A stretch of DNA of 64,000 nt from Azolla caroliniana (Eukaryota > Plantae > Polypodiophyta), in NCBI GenBank assembly GCA_043228905.1, contig JBHGNT010000013.1, forward strand, positions 14,012,001-14,076,000, written 5' to 3'. Position numbers and translations under genes: made by a program. Positions 34,949 to 49,700 of the stretch are shown piece by piece. Each line of letters begins with the position of its first letter. The stretch's first letter is position 1. The notes under the pieces were generated by a model. It ran no database searches and was not told where the DNA came from. It saw only the letters and a program-made list of their open reading frames with translations.

Positions 34949-37083
34949 ATGCATGAAGGTGTGGCTCCTATGGTTAAGAAAATTGAAACACCATGCACTA
35001 CATGTATCGATATTGATGATGTCAATAAGGGAATAAAGAAGATGGCGAGTGGGAAAGCAGCAGATGCAACCTACGTCTCAAGTGAGCTTTTAAATTGGAC
35101 AATGCCACATACTCGTCATTGGATAATGACAATTATAGAGCAAGATATAAACAAGGATTTCCAAATGATTGGCTTATGAATTGGATTAAACCAATATTTA
35201 AAGCTGGAGATAAGAATCAAGTATCAAATTATCGTACAATAATGGTGAGCTCAACTATTGCTAAATTATATAGCACTATTATGGAGCAAAAGATAAGCAC
35301 ATGGGCTGAAAGTACAAAAGTGCACTTGCGCAAGCAGGATTTAGACCAAAACACTCCATTGTGGATCATTTGGTCACATTGAGAGTAATCATGGAAGAGG
35401 GTCGACTACAAGGAAAAACACTTTATTGTTGTTTTGTTGATTTTAAGAAAGCTTTTGATACCGTACCACAAAGTGAGCTTTGGAATAGAATGGTAGAGAT
35501 TGGCATGCCATTAGAGTACCGAGTTATTGTTTCACGCCTATATGAACAAGTTAAATGCCAACTAAAAATGGATAGTGGATTCTCAAAGCACTTTTTAAGT
35601 AACATGGGGGTCAAGCAAGGATGTCCACTATCACCAACACTCTTTAGCTTATGTATTGATAAATTAGAAGAATTGGTAAATAAGGTTGCAAGAGAAGAAG
35701 GATTGAATGCCTCCAAATTGATGCAACATGTTATCTTATTGCTTCTACATGCAGATGATGTGGTACTCTTCTCATATAATGTTGATAGTATGCAAAATTT
35801 ACTTGGGGTATTAAGAGAATTTTGCCATAGTAGTGGACTAGCAATGAATGTGGAGAAAACAAAAATGATGGTAGTGCAAACCATCCAGCCTCATCATTAC
35901 CCTATGCTCACATATAGAGGTAAACATATACAATTTGTTCGAAGCTTTAAATATCTTGGTATTGATGTACCCGCCACAAATAAATGGAGTGCATGCTTTG
36001 GTTCTAGGCTCCAAGCCAATTGGAAATCGTATTACCTTTTGAAGAACCAATGCAACCAAAGTGATACTTGTGGATGGGAAGTAAAATTAATGTTGTTCAA
36101 TGCCATGGTCACTCAAGTATTGCTTTATAACGTAGAAGTATGGGGTGGCACCATCTCTCTTAATGCATGGAATGAGATTGAGAAAATTCAAAAGTTGTTT
36201 TTAAGGAGGCAATTAGGAGTTAAATGCACTACCTCTTACCAAGTTATGCTCTTGGAAACGGGTGTTCCACCCATATAACTATTGGCACTCCAAAGAGTAT
36301 ATAAATACATTACAAAAGTCAAGAATATGCCGAATCATCGATTACCACATCTTGCTTAGAATGTTGGATGTAAGCTACAAAAGAATCATAAAAGTAAGAT
36401 TCTCTCATCTGGTTGGCTTGTTGACATAAGGAAATGGTTTAGAAGATGGGGTGTGGATAATCTTTTAGAGCTTTCGGGCAATGCTATGCAGTATGTAATG
36501 ATTGAGGAAAGGTTGGTGGAATCATTAAGGATCAAGTGGGAGGATGTTAAGAGGACAAAGCTAGAATACTACATTGCAAATGTCAACCCTGATATGTTGG
36601 TCTCAATATAAAGCAAGAATGTCTATTGATCGTATCCAACCTTCTTATCTCATTACCAATATGAGTAGTAATGCTCGTAGAGCCCTTACACTACTTCGCA
36701 CTTGATCTCACAAGTTAGGTATTGAAGTTGCATCATGGTATCAAAATGTAACTAATTTGAAGACATGCAAAGTATGCAATGAAGGCATGGTAGAGGATGA
36801 ATATCACTTGCTCTTCACATGCTCGACATATAATGCAATTCGTTCAAGATATGTTGACATACTAAGAGGGAGTGATAACATAAGTGCCATACTTAAGACA
36901 CCACCGAGAAGGTTGAGCTCGTATGTGTATGCTTTATTCACACATAGAGACTTTGTGCTTCAATGTATGAATACCCCTTCTTAGGAAGAAGACACATATC
37001 AAGAACATATGCATACTCTAGTCCCATAGGTCAAAATTGGCCTCTTTATGGACGATAAAAATTCTAATTCTAATTCTAATTCT
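34949..37083 (+). mobile_element. 5'-truncated degenerate RTE-like LINE
   Basis: FVDFKKAFDTVP, GVKQGCPLSPTLF, LLHADD, FKYLG, C-terminal CKVC...EYHLLFTC, and an (ATTCTA)n tail. Confidence 0.88.
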
Positions 37084-37089
37084 TTGTAG

Positions 37090-37805
37090 AATTCATTGTT
37101 GTTAGGAAGCAAATAATCTAATGCATACGACGCGCTTTCCATTACTCTACCTATTGAATATACAAAGTCTATTTCGTGCCACATATCTCAAGGATGCAAG
37201 AAGATGCACAAATGTATAGTCGTTCTTCTAGAGATGAAAAAGATCCAAACCAATTTGGGAAGTTAATCCTACAAATATGCAATAATATCAGAATGCTTAT
37301 TGCAAATGGTGTATCCATATGGCCCAACAATAATGGTTTTAGAAAACAGTGTGACTGACTATATGCTAGTTTCGAAAGGTATTTTGGATCGTATAGATAA
37401 AGGACTAGAATCAAATAATAGGACTTTATGTATTGACCTCAAATGTATGTATAGGTCTGATTATGAGAAGGCCATTAAAGATAATAAACAACCGCACTTG
37501 AGCATGAACCTTAAGCGAGCGCCCATGTATTCCGAGATAGTTGAAGATATGTTACAAATGACAACGATGCAACATGGTGCCACACTTGAATGCAAATGGG
37601 AAGCTTTCAAGAAAATCATTTTCTTATACACAAACAAATCCTTTTCTATCAAGCACACATCTTGGAAATGCATCAAGAAATGTAGTTCATAGAAAAAATG
37701 GTTTGATAAAGAATTTCATGAAGCTCGAAAATGTCTTATTATTTTGGATGTAGTCAAGGATAAAGAAAATTATAAAAAGCATTTGCATGAGTACGAAAGG
37801 CTTAT
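37090..37805 (+). mobile_element. LINE endonuclease/linker fragment
   Basis: NQFGKLILQIC...IANG, SVTDYMLVS and KWFDKE motifs in broken frames. Confidence 0.6.
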
Positions 37806-38765
37806 TCTATCATGTGACATTCTCGCACTTTGATACAATGCTCTGCCTTTGATCATATTCAACTATGCTTTCCACACATCTTCAACCAAAACTAATCCTT
37901 GCACAAATTTCTCTCACAACCACAATGTGCACTCTCGATTGCAACATTCAAAGGTAAAGTTCTCGACATCGAAAGTCACTACTCACTTTCACATGTATTA
38001 TGAGAAATGTAATATTTTTGGTTTCATAGGTTATATTTGACCTCCAAAGATAATAATAGAATCTATCTATCTGTTTATCTATCTATCTATCTCCCTCTCC
38101 CTAACTTAAAAATAATGATGAATGAGAAGATTAGTGTTTCATACCTATGTTTGTGTTGTTTTGGGAGCATGAAAGTGCAATCAATCTGTAGTAGGGTGGG
38201 TTTGGAATGATTCATGAGGGCACACACACATTTTTAAATTAAATTACACACAAGTTTCATAACCTCGTGTAATCTCCCATGTGTTGTTACAATGTGCACT
38301 CGGACAAAATTACAAGGTCAAGAGAAAACATGCAAAACATTTGTGATGACATATGCAATTTTGCTTTAAGGAATGCCAAAAACTTTTCTATACATACATC
38401 CCCCACTTAGGTAGAGCAACGTCTAAGTATAGCTTGTCATGATCAAAGACCTTTTAGTGTGGTTGGTCACGCTTCAAGACATTGTGAATATGGTTTGTGA
38501 ATATTGAGTACCTTTTGTATGGCATGTGAAGATTGAATTTCTCTTTGTACAACAATATATACCTTTTCATCTAAGATTTTTCAGATAATTATCTAAGCTA
38601 TTGTTACCATTTCACCCTCATCTACTAAGCAATTCAAGTCACGATATAGATACAAGTCACATGACCCTAGATATTTCAAGGATGTAACATGTTTAATTTT
38701 GAACTACATATGTGGAATGTTGATTCCAAGAAAGCAAAATTCAGGTCACTCAAAGTCAACATTGA

Positions 38766-40031
38766 TGTGTAAATGTGTGTGCGTGTGTTACTCGTGCAAG
38801 ACCACAAGAGACTTGAATCGAGGAAGGTGAGATGCCATTGGAGAGGTACTTGCTATAGCATCTCCTAGTCCTTCATGTGTTGTTTGCCCTTTTGCAAACT
38901 CCGCTTGCATTGTGGAATCCCTCTCGTGGGGTTGTCTTCGTGGATTTTCCTTCACAGAATCCCTTCATGGATTGCCCTTCGTAGAAAACATTCGTGTTTT
39001 GGCTTCGTGTAATGGCTTCCTAGAATGCAGTTCAAGGAAAGGTTTTGTGTAGTTCCTTCATGTAATGGCTTCATGGAATGCCTTTTGTGGAAAGGAGGCA
39101 AGTTTGTGGAATCCCTTCGTGGATTGAAGAGGGACTCATGTAATGGAGCCCACTCGTGGCTTCGAAGGGACACTCATGCAATGGTGGCCTGCTTATGGAT
39201 TCGATGAGGCACTTGTGTAAAGGAGGGCCACTCGTGGATTCAAAGAAGCGCTCGTGCAATGGAGGTCCGCTCATGGATTCCACAAGGCGCTCGTGCAATG
39301 GAGGCCCACATGTGGACTCGATGAGTTGCTCCTACAATGAGACCTTGCTCATGGATTCGAAGAGGTGCTCGTATAATGAGACTCCACTCGTGTAATGGAG
39401 TCCCGCTTGTGGATCTGGCCCCTTTTGCACTCTCTCTTGACAATGCCATGAATAAACCTCACTCATGGCCGCTCAACATAGTACATGATGAGAACTAAGA
39501 TTAAGACTAACTTTTTTTTTCTTTACAAAATATTTAGATTGACAACACATGAGTGTTCAATTACAGAAAGAAACACTTCTACATAGGGTAAACAATGACA
39601 AGATAGCAAGAGGAAAGGAGAATAATCGAGCAAGAAGGTCTTCGAGTTCAGTGACCCAAGCTCTTGATTAATGGCCATATGCCTTTTGTCAATGTAACTT
39701 TCCACAACTCTCTTATTCAAACCTCCCTTTTTTTGGTACCTTCCTTCTCCGTCTCTTGCACCCCTCTCCCACAACCCTCAACCCCCTTCCTAATTGAAGC
39801 TTAGTAGAAGGAGAAGAAGATGACCCGAAACCCTGAACACACCCCTCAAAGAAGAAGTTGGAGAGTGTCATCTTATTTCTGTTTTCTATTTTTTTTTCTT
39901 CCATTGAGTGAGTGAGACTTGGTTGTGGCCGAGCACTATTCCACACAAACTGGTATCAGAGCATGGAAGATTCATTCGGCGGCATGTTCAAGCTCACCAG
40001 CTCTAACTACTCCGTGTGGAAGTCAAAGATG
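38766..40031 (+). mobile_element. Copia LTR with PBS and truncated gag start; 39-bp tandem repeats inside the LTR
   Basis: TGGTATCAGAGC at 39951-39962, then MEDSFGGMFKLTSSNYSVWKSKM. 39-bp units at about 39130-39410. LTR start approximate. Confidence 0.7.
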
Positions 40032-40359
40032 TGGCCCAATTTCCCTCTTGCATTCAACACCGAGAAATCCTAAAATAACCCTAAAATCGTGAGGAAGAAG
40101 AAAAACCTCAATGACAAACCCTGAAATGACTGCAAATAAGTTTTCACCTCCGTTAATAGTTAGAGAAATGGTCCACCTACCACAATAAATGCCCAGTTAC
40201 ACCTCTTTCATTTAGATGTAAAAGGGATAGATTCCTCCCATTCATGCAACCACCAAGATTCAAACTCTCTAACTTCCCAAAACATTGTATAGCCTTAACC
40301 ATTTGGCTATTCACTTTTTATTATTTTATTCTTCTTATCATATATACAGATATTTACAA

Positions 40360-40876
40360 TGTCTGCCTTGACAAGGGATCCGAGGTCAGCATAAGAATGG
40401 GTGAAATACCCAGTGATATGATTTGTTCATAGATTGAGAGGGGTCTTGCATAGACTGAAATCAAGGATGTCCAAGGGACCACATTTCCGTGTAGCCGAGA
40501 ATTGCATAAAATGTACAAAGAGCATCCTCGACCAAGTCGAAGTCTCCATGCATAGTGATGAGATAGTTGGCTATGAAGGGATCTGTCTCCAAGCCAATCT
40601 TTATAAGGTGCGCATTACATTCTTTCAGGAATTGCATTAAGGTTTTCAGACCTGAGAGCAAAGTTTTGCTGATCGAATATGGGCGTAGTTAAGTGGACAC
40701 TGGACAAAGCTTGATGACCACATCCTGTCAGAGATGGTGGGGGACGGATCCAATGGAAGGCTTTTCAACGCAAGGATCTCTCACTCCCTCTCTCTCTGAA
40801 TTAAAAAGAATGATGAATGAGAAGATTAGGGTTTCGTACCTGGGTTGTGTGTTGTTTTGGGAGCAGGGAAGCGCAT
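40360..40876 (-). pseudogene. Truncated paralog of the PPR gene 5' end
   Basis: Collinear with about 32500-32990 (NAHLIKIGLETDPFIANYLITMHGDFDLVEDAL), with deletions and a frameshift. The flank 40800-41530 matches 38100-38760. Confidence 0.85.
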
Positions 40877-41708
40877 TCGATTTGCCGCAGGGTGAGATTA
40901 GGGATGATCCACGAGGCTAATATGCCCCCTGAAAATGATTAAATTACAGACCACATTTTCCGAAGCCCCCCAAAGAACGTGTTAGAACCCCCATCTTAAC
41001 GTTAAACCTCTCGTCCGTCCAACATACATTGTTGTCTGCTCGAGCCTCGGACAAAGCGATGCAACTGTCGAGCGAGAAAACATGTAAAAAGGCTTGTGAT
41101 GACTGACATATGTGATTCTGTTGCTGGAATGCCGAAGACTTTCCCAGGGTGTACGTCGCCCGCCTGGGTAGACCATCATCTGGGTCTGGCTCGTCACAAT
41201 CAAGACATTTTAGTAGGGTTGATCACACTTCAAGACATTGCGAGTATGGCTTGTGGATATCAATTTTCAAGTACCATTTTGTACGGTTTTGTGAAGATTG
41301 AATATCTCTTGCTATAGGTTCGTTGTCAACAATGTATACCTTTTCGTCCAAGAATTGTCGGATAATTAATTAAGTTATGACTTCAATCTATTAAGCACTT
41401 CAAGTTGTGATACAGATATGAACCGCATGACCTTAGATATTTGATGGATGCAACATGTTTAATTCTCCATCGTATACATGGAAAGTCGATGCCAAGAACG
41501 CAAATTTCCAGGTTAGTGAAAATCAACGTCCTAACTTGCATATGGCCCTAATGTCATAGGCGTGCCATCTTTAAGCATCAACATAGCTCCACTTTGAATC
41601 ACATAGACTTGAATCTGACATCTAATTGTTTTGACTAGTAATATTCATTATTATTTGAATCACAATTATTTGTGTGTACACATACATAAATACATATATA
41701 TACATGCG

Positions 41709-41747
<39 letters not shown>

Positions 41748-43702
41748 ATACTTTCTTTTAGGTGTGGTTTATGTTACTTGTTGGAACTTTGAAAATGATA
41801 ATCACACTCACCTCTCATCACCGTATGAGCTAAGAGTTTTTGTTCTTTAAGTGATTCATTCATCTTTTCCCTTAGACCATGGATGTCCATGAAAAAAATG
41901 AGAATGTCTCTGGAAAATAATTAAAATATTAATGTAAGTCACATGATGTTAAAACTCAATGTAAAAATAAGTCTAACCTTCTTTTAAACAACCCTTTGTT
42001 ATATAACACATGGCAACATAGACCCTTGAGATTGGCGGTAAGAAAAGGGATATATAAGAGAAAAGGATTAGTTGGGTGAAAGTTGGATAAAAAAATGAGT
42101 GGAGGGTCCTTTAATGTAGGGCTTGACTTAAAAGTGGTTCATTTGCTATAGACCTCCAGCCCCAATTAACACCCTGAAGTGATAAGACGACAATTAACAC
42201 CATTAACTCAAGGGTTTGACCCCTAACAATAATTAATATGCAATGAATAAATTTCGCAAGCATTTCATTCGCATTGCCATAGATGTAGCCCAATCATCGA
42301 TCTACCATGAATATGAAAAGGCAATTTTTAAGTAATTTTCTTGTTCAATCCAGAAACTCAACAAGCATAAAAATGTCCCAAGACAGCCTAATAAATTAAT
42401 GAGAAAGATTCTTGGATTATATCTTATCCCATACATCATGTAGCGCCCACCTCTCGTTGGGTGACCCCACGTATCTACCTGAACAAGATTATCAAACAAT
42501 GTTCGCTGCACTACAGGTTGGCAGATTTGTGCCAAGATATTCTGCATACATCTCGAATTGTCAAATTGTACACATGTATGATGGATCAAACTTTACAATA
42601 AACTTCCATCAAACTTTACAATAAATTTCCACCGGTACACAGAGGGCCTTTGGGCCAATGGCAGATGTTTATATTAAGACATTGAGAATAACTGCATCAT
42701 AGTACTCAACTTTATTCCATGAGGTATTTATCACTACCATGAGTTTCACAATTCAGTGAGAATTTTCTAGATATCAGATGACCATATAATCATCAATCAA
42801 CACAATTCGAGGTCATTCACCACATACATACACTCTTCATATGATTGTCCAAATGTAGGAAAAATTCCATTAAACAACTTTGCCAATTTTCCTCGAGTGC
42901 TTTTTAAGTGCAATGGTGTCCCCAAAGTACGGCATTGTGTTATTTAATGTTCATTTGTCAGTTCTGTTGAAAATAAGAGACTTAGAGACAACTTTGTACC
43001 AGCTTTTTCTTCATATCAAAGCTGGCATCAAAATCTATCTTTTACCAAAGATGAGTTTGACACGGGAAACAATAGATCTTTATGAGGCACCTAACTGGTA
43101 TATAGCTTTTCTATTTGACCCACATACTTGGCCTCCACTTTGCACACCTTAATGGAGGTGAAAGCTGGTTATCATAATAGTAGAGCATTGGTGATTCTTC
43201 CAATTTCAGTTATTTTACATCTTTTTCATGGGACTTTGGAAGTGCACTACATTTGTCTGTAGGCTTTCCAAACACCAAAATTTGTCTGATAGATTCTTTC
43301 AGTAGTACAACTTTCTTGAACATGACTCCTATGTCCTCTCCATCAGGTACAGCAACTTATGGTGCACACTCTGAAATCTATGATTTTAAAATTAAGAGTC
43401 CATGATACATAACTGAACAATGTACAGGATGTATAACCTTCCTCGTATTCAGGTTTACAATATAGTCGGTATGATGGAAAGCTTTATACTATATACTTGT
43501 TCCACACAGAAATTAGCAGGATCCTGCTCGTACTGAGATGACTTACTCACAGTATCCCAGTACATAATGCAAAATTTGGATAGAATCCTGTTAAATTTTA
43601 TTCTTCATGCATCTCCAAGGCTTGTTTCATTACCTACAAATACTCATCACCACCAGTCTTGAGAGGTGATTTGCAGTAAAACATATATCCTCTTCAGAGG
43701 TT

Positions 43703-46700
43703 TCACAAAAATCTGTTCAGCATACTGGAATTCTTCCTGGTCAAAGTTTCATCTTGAATGCTAGCTTTTTCTGGTTTTGCATCCATAACCGCAGCATTTA
43801 ATGTCATGGAATTTACCACTTTGTATAGCTGCACATTATCCATGAATATTTCAGCAAGCACATTCCTGAGAGTTATCTCACTCTGTGAATCCACATCTTG
43901 CACTCCCCCCTTGCTGGTACTTGTGACAAACCCATTTGCCAAGTCCTCCTTTCCAAAAGATCTATAGATTGCCTTATCTTCTTCCTTTTCCTCTGCGAGA
44001 AGCTGAGCCTGAATAAAGCAACCAAAGAAATCGATAAACAAGACATGGATAAATGGCATGGATATTTTCAAAGTCAACAGGTTCAAAAGTGCATGGCCAT
44101 TCATCTAAATTGATTCCAACTCATGAAAAGAGACTAAATCATTGATTACGAACAAGAACCACATGGAGTTGTCACAAAATCTTCCCAACTTCACAACATA
44201 GTTGAAGGGCAAGTCAGGAATAGGGGAATGCATGAATTAACCATTCGTGATATAGTTTCTTAACTACAAGCATCATCTAAAAAACAAATAAACAAAATAC
44301 CTCAGCTGCCAGAAGGCCTATACGACTGTCAGATGTCATCAGAAGATCCATCACATCCTTAACTGCTGGATTTTTTGAAAGAGATTTCTCATCCTGTTTT
44401 GCCAAGAACTCAACACTACACTCCTGCAGCCTTTTACGGAGATTTGCAACTTCATGCAAAAACTTTGCTCGACTAATCCTTTGTTGCTCTTGCCTTTGAA
44501 TTTCACTTTGAATAAGATTCTGAATATTTTTAAAACTCGCATTAGAACATACTTATATAAATCATTATAATTTATATAGACATATTAATAATAATAATAA
44601 GTTTCTTGAATTGATAAGACATGGATGTGACTTGATAAAACTTCAAATTTTTTTTCTCTGTGCATGGGCATACATTCTCCTCACCTTAACATATATTTGA
44701 AGTTTACCAGAATTAGTAAACGCAAACTGGGAAAGAACCATACTAGAAATGTACTGCTCATAATGGTGATATTGTAGGTTTGAGCCCTATTAAACCTATT
44801 TACTTGCCAAAGGACATGAAAAGATGTATAAACCTGACAATTCTTTCAGGAGTGTAAACTATGGAAGTGTAGAGATATTTTGCCCACTAAACTCAGCTCA
44901 CACTGTAGCACTATGATATGAGATTATTGCACAACCCTGAAGTATGAAAAGAATAGTTGAAGAAGAAAGCCAGAAGTCTATGTGTAGAGACCACTACTTT
45001 CATCTTGTTTCGTCATCTTGAAAACTCAAATTAGGAGATTTTTCGAAATCAGTGGCTCATAAACATCTACAGGTCATTTAGAGCAGAATCAGGATGAAAG
45101 CTCAAAAGATAGTTTCTTTTAAGAGCATAGGTGCACCCACGATGTTTTTATGTTCCTTGTGACTGATTAATCAGCAAACCCTATAGCACATCTAGCTTAA
45201 TTTGGATTCCAAGAATATCTACGACACAAATACAGCAATAGTACTGCTTCCACATATAAATAATGAGAAATCATCATTTCAGCTAAATCAATGTAATGTT
45301 TGAACTGTGATATTGTTGCACCTGTAACTTAATTTTATCTTTGATGACCATCTCCAGCTCTTCCTTGAGCTCTGGCTGCGATTTCCGCAAAGTCTTAATT
45401 TCACGTGCAAGAACTTTCATCTCAGTTTTTGCTTTTGCTTCAATAAGATCCCTGTCCTTTTGAATGTTTTGTAGCTTTTCTTTCAGCTCAAACACTTCAG
45501 CCTTTGCCTGCTCTTTTTCCATTTCAGCAACTTTCATCTTCTCTTCAGCTAAGATTTTAGCCTCCTAGCACAATCATAAATGTTCTATCAGCAGCAGAAA
45601 ATTGGCACATCATACAAAAGAAGGAAAGGAAATGGCATATGTGTGCAGGTAGTATACTTGCTGTTCAAGTGCCTTAGAATTAGCAATATCCAGAGACGCT
45701 TTAGCTTCTTCAAGTTCCCATTGTATGTTATTAAAAGCATCTTGCTCCATAGACAATGCTCGTTGCAGCAAATCCTTACTTTTTCTTCTTGTGCTATCGA
45801 GCTCACCTTCCAAGTCTCGGACCTAAAATATGAAATGATAACGACTTGCAAAATCAAACTCAAATCACCCTAAATTTGCATCTGAAATATCCTGAATGCA
45901 ATAGTATAACCTTGGCTGCCAGAAACTCCTTGACAGTGGACTCTTGATTCAAACGGGTTATCAGGTCCTCCATGTCAACTTTTGATGTATTTAACCGTCT
46001 CTGCAGATTCACCAATAATCTTCTAACATTGCCCCGTTGATCCAGTGGCATAGACACCTGAACACCCTTTAATATATCTGCGTTAAAACTTTCTAAATTT
46101 TGGCTGCTGTTATTATTGAAAATGTCCCATTGAGAGCTTTCTGAAATTCCATCACCAGTGGCTGCAAAAGAGAAATCACTGCCTCTTGCAGAGCTCATCT
46201 CACTTCCAATACTCTCAATTGAAGGCCTTCGTCCATGCCAACCCTTCACTTCCTCAGATCTGGAAATTGGATGATCCAAGTTGTGCCCGGCATCACTATT
46301 GGTTTCCAACAAATCTGGATCAAGTGACAAATCAAGATCCTTCAAAGAAAATCTTTCATCTATCTCTTCAGGCTTGGCTCCATCCTTCTGAAAATCAAAG
46401 CCATGAAATTCATGGCTTGTTCTTTCAGTGCCCAAATTACCCATGTTTTTTGGTATCTCAATACCCGTCACATCATAGCTTGCATCACTTCCTTGTTCAG
46501 TTTCAGAAGTAACTGATGCAACTGATGAAATTCCAGATCTAAATTTTGTTCCAACTGAAATGTTTGTAGGGAGCTGAGCTTCTTTAACACTGACCATAGC
46601 TGTAAAGAAACAAAAACAATAATTACTATTTGAAATTAAAGCATAGTGAAAAGCACAGAACATCTGACTTTCGCTTTTGATTAACGACATCATAACAACT

Positions 46701-49700
46701 TTTACAATTATCTGATGAAGCTACAAGGAGTGTCCGTGAGTGGAGACATGCAGGCACAAGAAACCCTCAGCCACATATAATTAAACAGCAAAACTCACTT
46801 TGAACTCCCCCTCTATTTTGTGGGGCATAAAGAGAGGAGAGACTGGAGAATATACACATATAACTACATATAGCTTTAGAGGAATGCATCTTCCAGGCTT
46901 ACAATCAGTATATCAAATCTGAGGGGCATTATGTATGTCCCTGCCCACTCTATTATGAGATCAGAGGAATATATCATTGTCCTTTAAAGAAGGATTTGAG
47001 CCTCTCCATAGAATGATGGGATACACTGATCAAAGATGCTTTGCACTCCCAGAAATAAGGAGAGGGCTTTTTGAGGAAGAGATAAAACTCACAGATCCAC
47101 TAGGCAGAGAAATTTGAGAGATTTCTTCCACAAATATACTCCTGGAAATGTACAAGCAAATGCTGCGGCCAGCCAGAGTGGAGTCACGGTTAGAGAAGCA
47201 ATAACAGCTAGAATCTTTGCTGTTTGTCACGGTCGTCACCAAGGCCAGTCTAGCAATTTTAGTTCCAATTATCAGGTACCCTGAGCATTGGTTACTCATA
47301 ATTATATTTCAACCTTTAATAAGTCTATGACGCTAGTGTACATCTATGACGCTATGTACTTAGAGACATGTTAATATATGTTTACATTTTTCTTTGTTTT
47401 CTTTTGTTTCTCGCATTAACAAGTCTACGTTTAAAGTACCTGATAGGCCATTGTGGTCTTTTAGAGATGTTAATATGTATGTATATATATATGTATACAC
47501 ACACACACACACACACTTGATGAGGACAACATCAAAGGAGAAAGGAAATCCCAAAAAAGAGTTTGATCTGTTAACAGTAATTTTAACTCTACTTGACAAT
47601 GAGGCAAAAGAAACCTGGATCCTCCTAATTGCCTGCTTTTCATTCTGCCCATGCATGTATATGAAATAGGATTAAGGTTATTACTATTATACCCGATCTG
47701 GGTGATTTAAAAAACACGAAGAGATGAACCACAATCAGGATTCATGAAGGTAATTATAACGAAAAAGGAAGTCTACAATTCATAATAGAGGACAAAATAT
47801 TTCAAAAGCCCAAGTACCACAAGATTTTCCTACCCAAATACTAGGTAATATCCAGACACCACTTTAATCACCCAAAGTTAAATGAAGATAGCATAAAGAC
47901 GTAATTTGTGTGCTATAGGACAGTAAGGAATAGATCACTGGGAAATTACGGTGGGCGTCTCAAGGCTTCCTCCTCCCAAGAGATCCATGACCATCAGTAG
48001 GTACAACGAGTACGAATCATCAACAGCTCCGTTTGAGTTGAACTAAACTGTGAAACCGCAGCTTAATGGCTTAACCGGCTCAGTTCAGTACCCATATCAG
48101 CTCAACAATTTTGTGGTTTATCTGGGCAGCTTCAACAACTTAACAGTTTGGGGGGGGGGGGGGGGGGGGGGCACTAACATATAAATTAAATTGCCGATTG
48201 TTAACAATAAACAGAGGTAACTTTTTCATTTAACAAAAACTTGATAAAAATTATTCCATATTCTATACCTGCTATAGCAGCAGCTTCCAATTCAAAAAAT
48301 GCTGCTACTGATGCACTTCGAGATATATCTATATCAGAAAGCAGTTTTCCTAGCCAATCTATCAAGCCAAGTCTTCTCTGCGAATAACATTCATAATAAC
48401 ATAATTTGACTCTGATATTTTGCTTTACACCTAGACTACAGAATTAAATAAATAGAAAGTCATATTACCTCTTCGAGGGAATTCTCACTTGCTTTCATCC
48501 ACAATGTAGAGTTTTTTGGTGGCGTCATAGGCAACATTTTCTTTGGGAATGCTCGTTTTAACTAGAAAATAAATTAATTTTAATCATCAAAATAAAGTTT
48601 GTTAACTCATTGGGTTGAGTTTCATAAAGTTCCATATGGACTAAAATATAGTTCATATTTCTGCTGATATAGAACATTATGGGAGATCATTGATTTCCCA
48701 CATGCTTCCATCTCTCCCCAAAACAATTTCAAATCCCCAACTAATTATGACATTAGAAAGGAAACAGATTATCGGAAAATACCGATGCATGGAGCTTTAA
48801 AAAATCGCTAAAGCGTCTCAGAACTTTGCGTACTGTGCTTACTCCTTGTGGAGATTGTATCCCAATTTGCACCCTATAAAACTGAATCATAAACAATGTC
48901 ATATGAAAAGAATGAAATTCTAGCAAATCATGTTAACATCCCTCTCAAATAAATAATGTGGCATGTGGACTAGTGTAAAGGTGTAAAGGTGTAAAACATA
49001 GCATTGAAGTATTGCTTCAAATACAAATTACATTCATTATTTTTAGATTTCCTATAGATGAGAATATAATAGCCAAACAGAATCGGATAAAACATGCATA
49101 CAAAAAAGGTTCAGTATAAGTTACAATAATCTCCCTGAATTGGAAATAACATGATATGGACTTGATATATCGTTAATAGAGACAGCCGACAGCAATTTTC
49201 ATCCTAGGAAACAAAGCTACCTGCATCCATATATTATTCGGTCTTTTCCGGCACACAAATGCCCCAACATAAATGGTCCAGAAATTTTTGCATCCATAGT
49301 AAAATAACAAGCTTCTTATTAAATAGTAAAATAAAAAGCTTTTTTTATACGCAAGTTCTTCTCTGGAACCATATTAAATTTTCATTTTTCCATTTTCAAC
49401 TTCTATATTTCCTATAAGCAATTTTGTTTGTAATGTAGCATTGCCTTTCTACTTTTTGGTGCAGTTCACTTTAACAACCACACTAAGTTACTATGAATCT
49501 TCAATGGAAAGACTGTATGTGACCATAATATGGAGCCTACAGGATTATTTGACCTAAGATCACAGTGCCCCATGAAATCATCAGAACCGAGATGGCAGCA
49601 TCACTGATACACATCTTAAATACACACAGATTGAGTATTCTTCATACATAATAATTGGGAGCCTCATGAAAGCTCATCATGGAAGGGAACATCTTGCTTG

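Noticed and set aside
39130-39410. CRISPR-like periodic repeats (also 52215-52440)
   Set aside because: Contiguous degenerate tandem units without unique spacers, in a eukaryotic LTR or promoter context.
42111-42589. Possible TET/JBP-like oxygenase remnant (GGRYMMYGIR)
   Set aside because: Only one short motif in broken frames, with no convincing HxD or downstream motifs. An HMM search would be needed.
48150-48171. G22 run as a regulatory G-quadruplex
   Set aside because: Simple intronic homopolymer with no supporting context.
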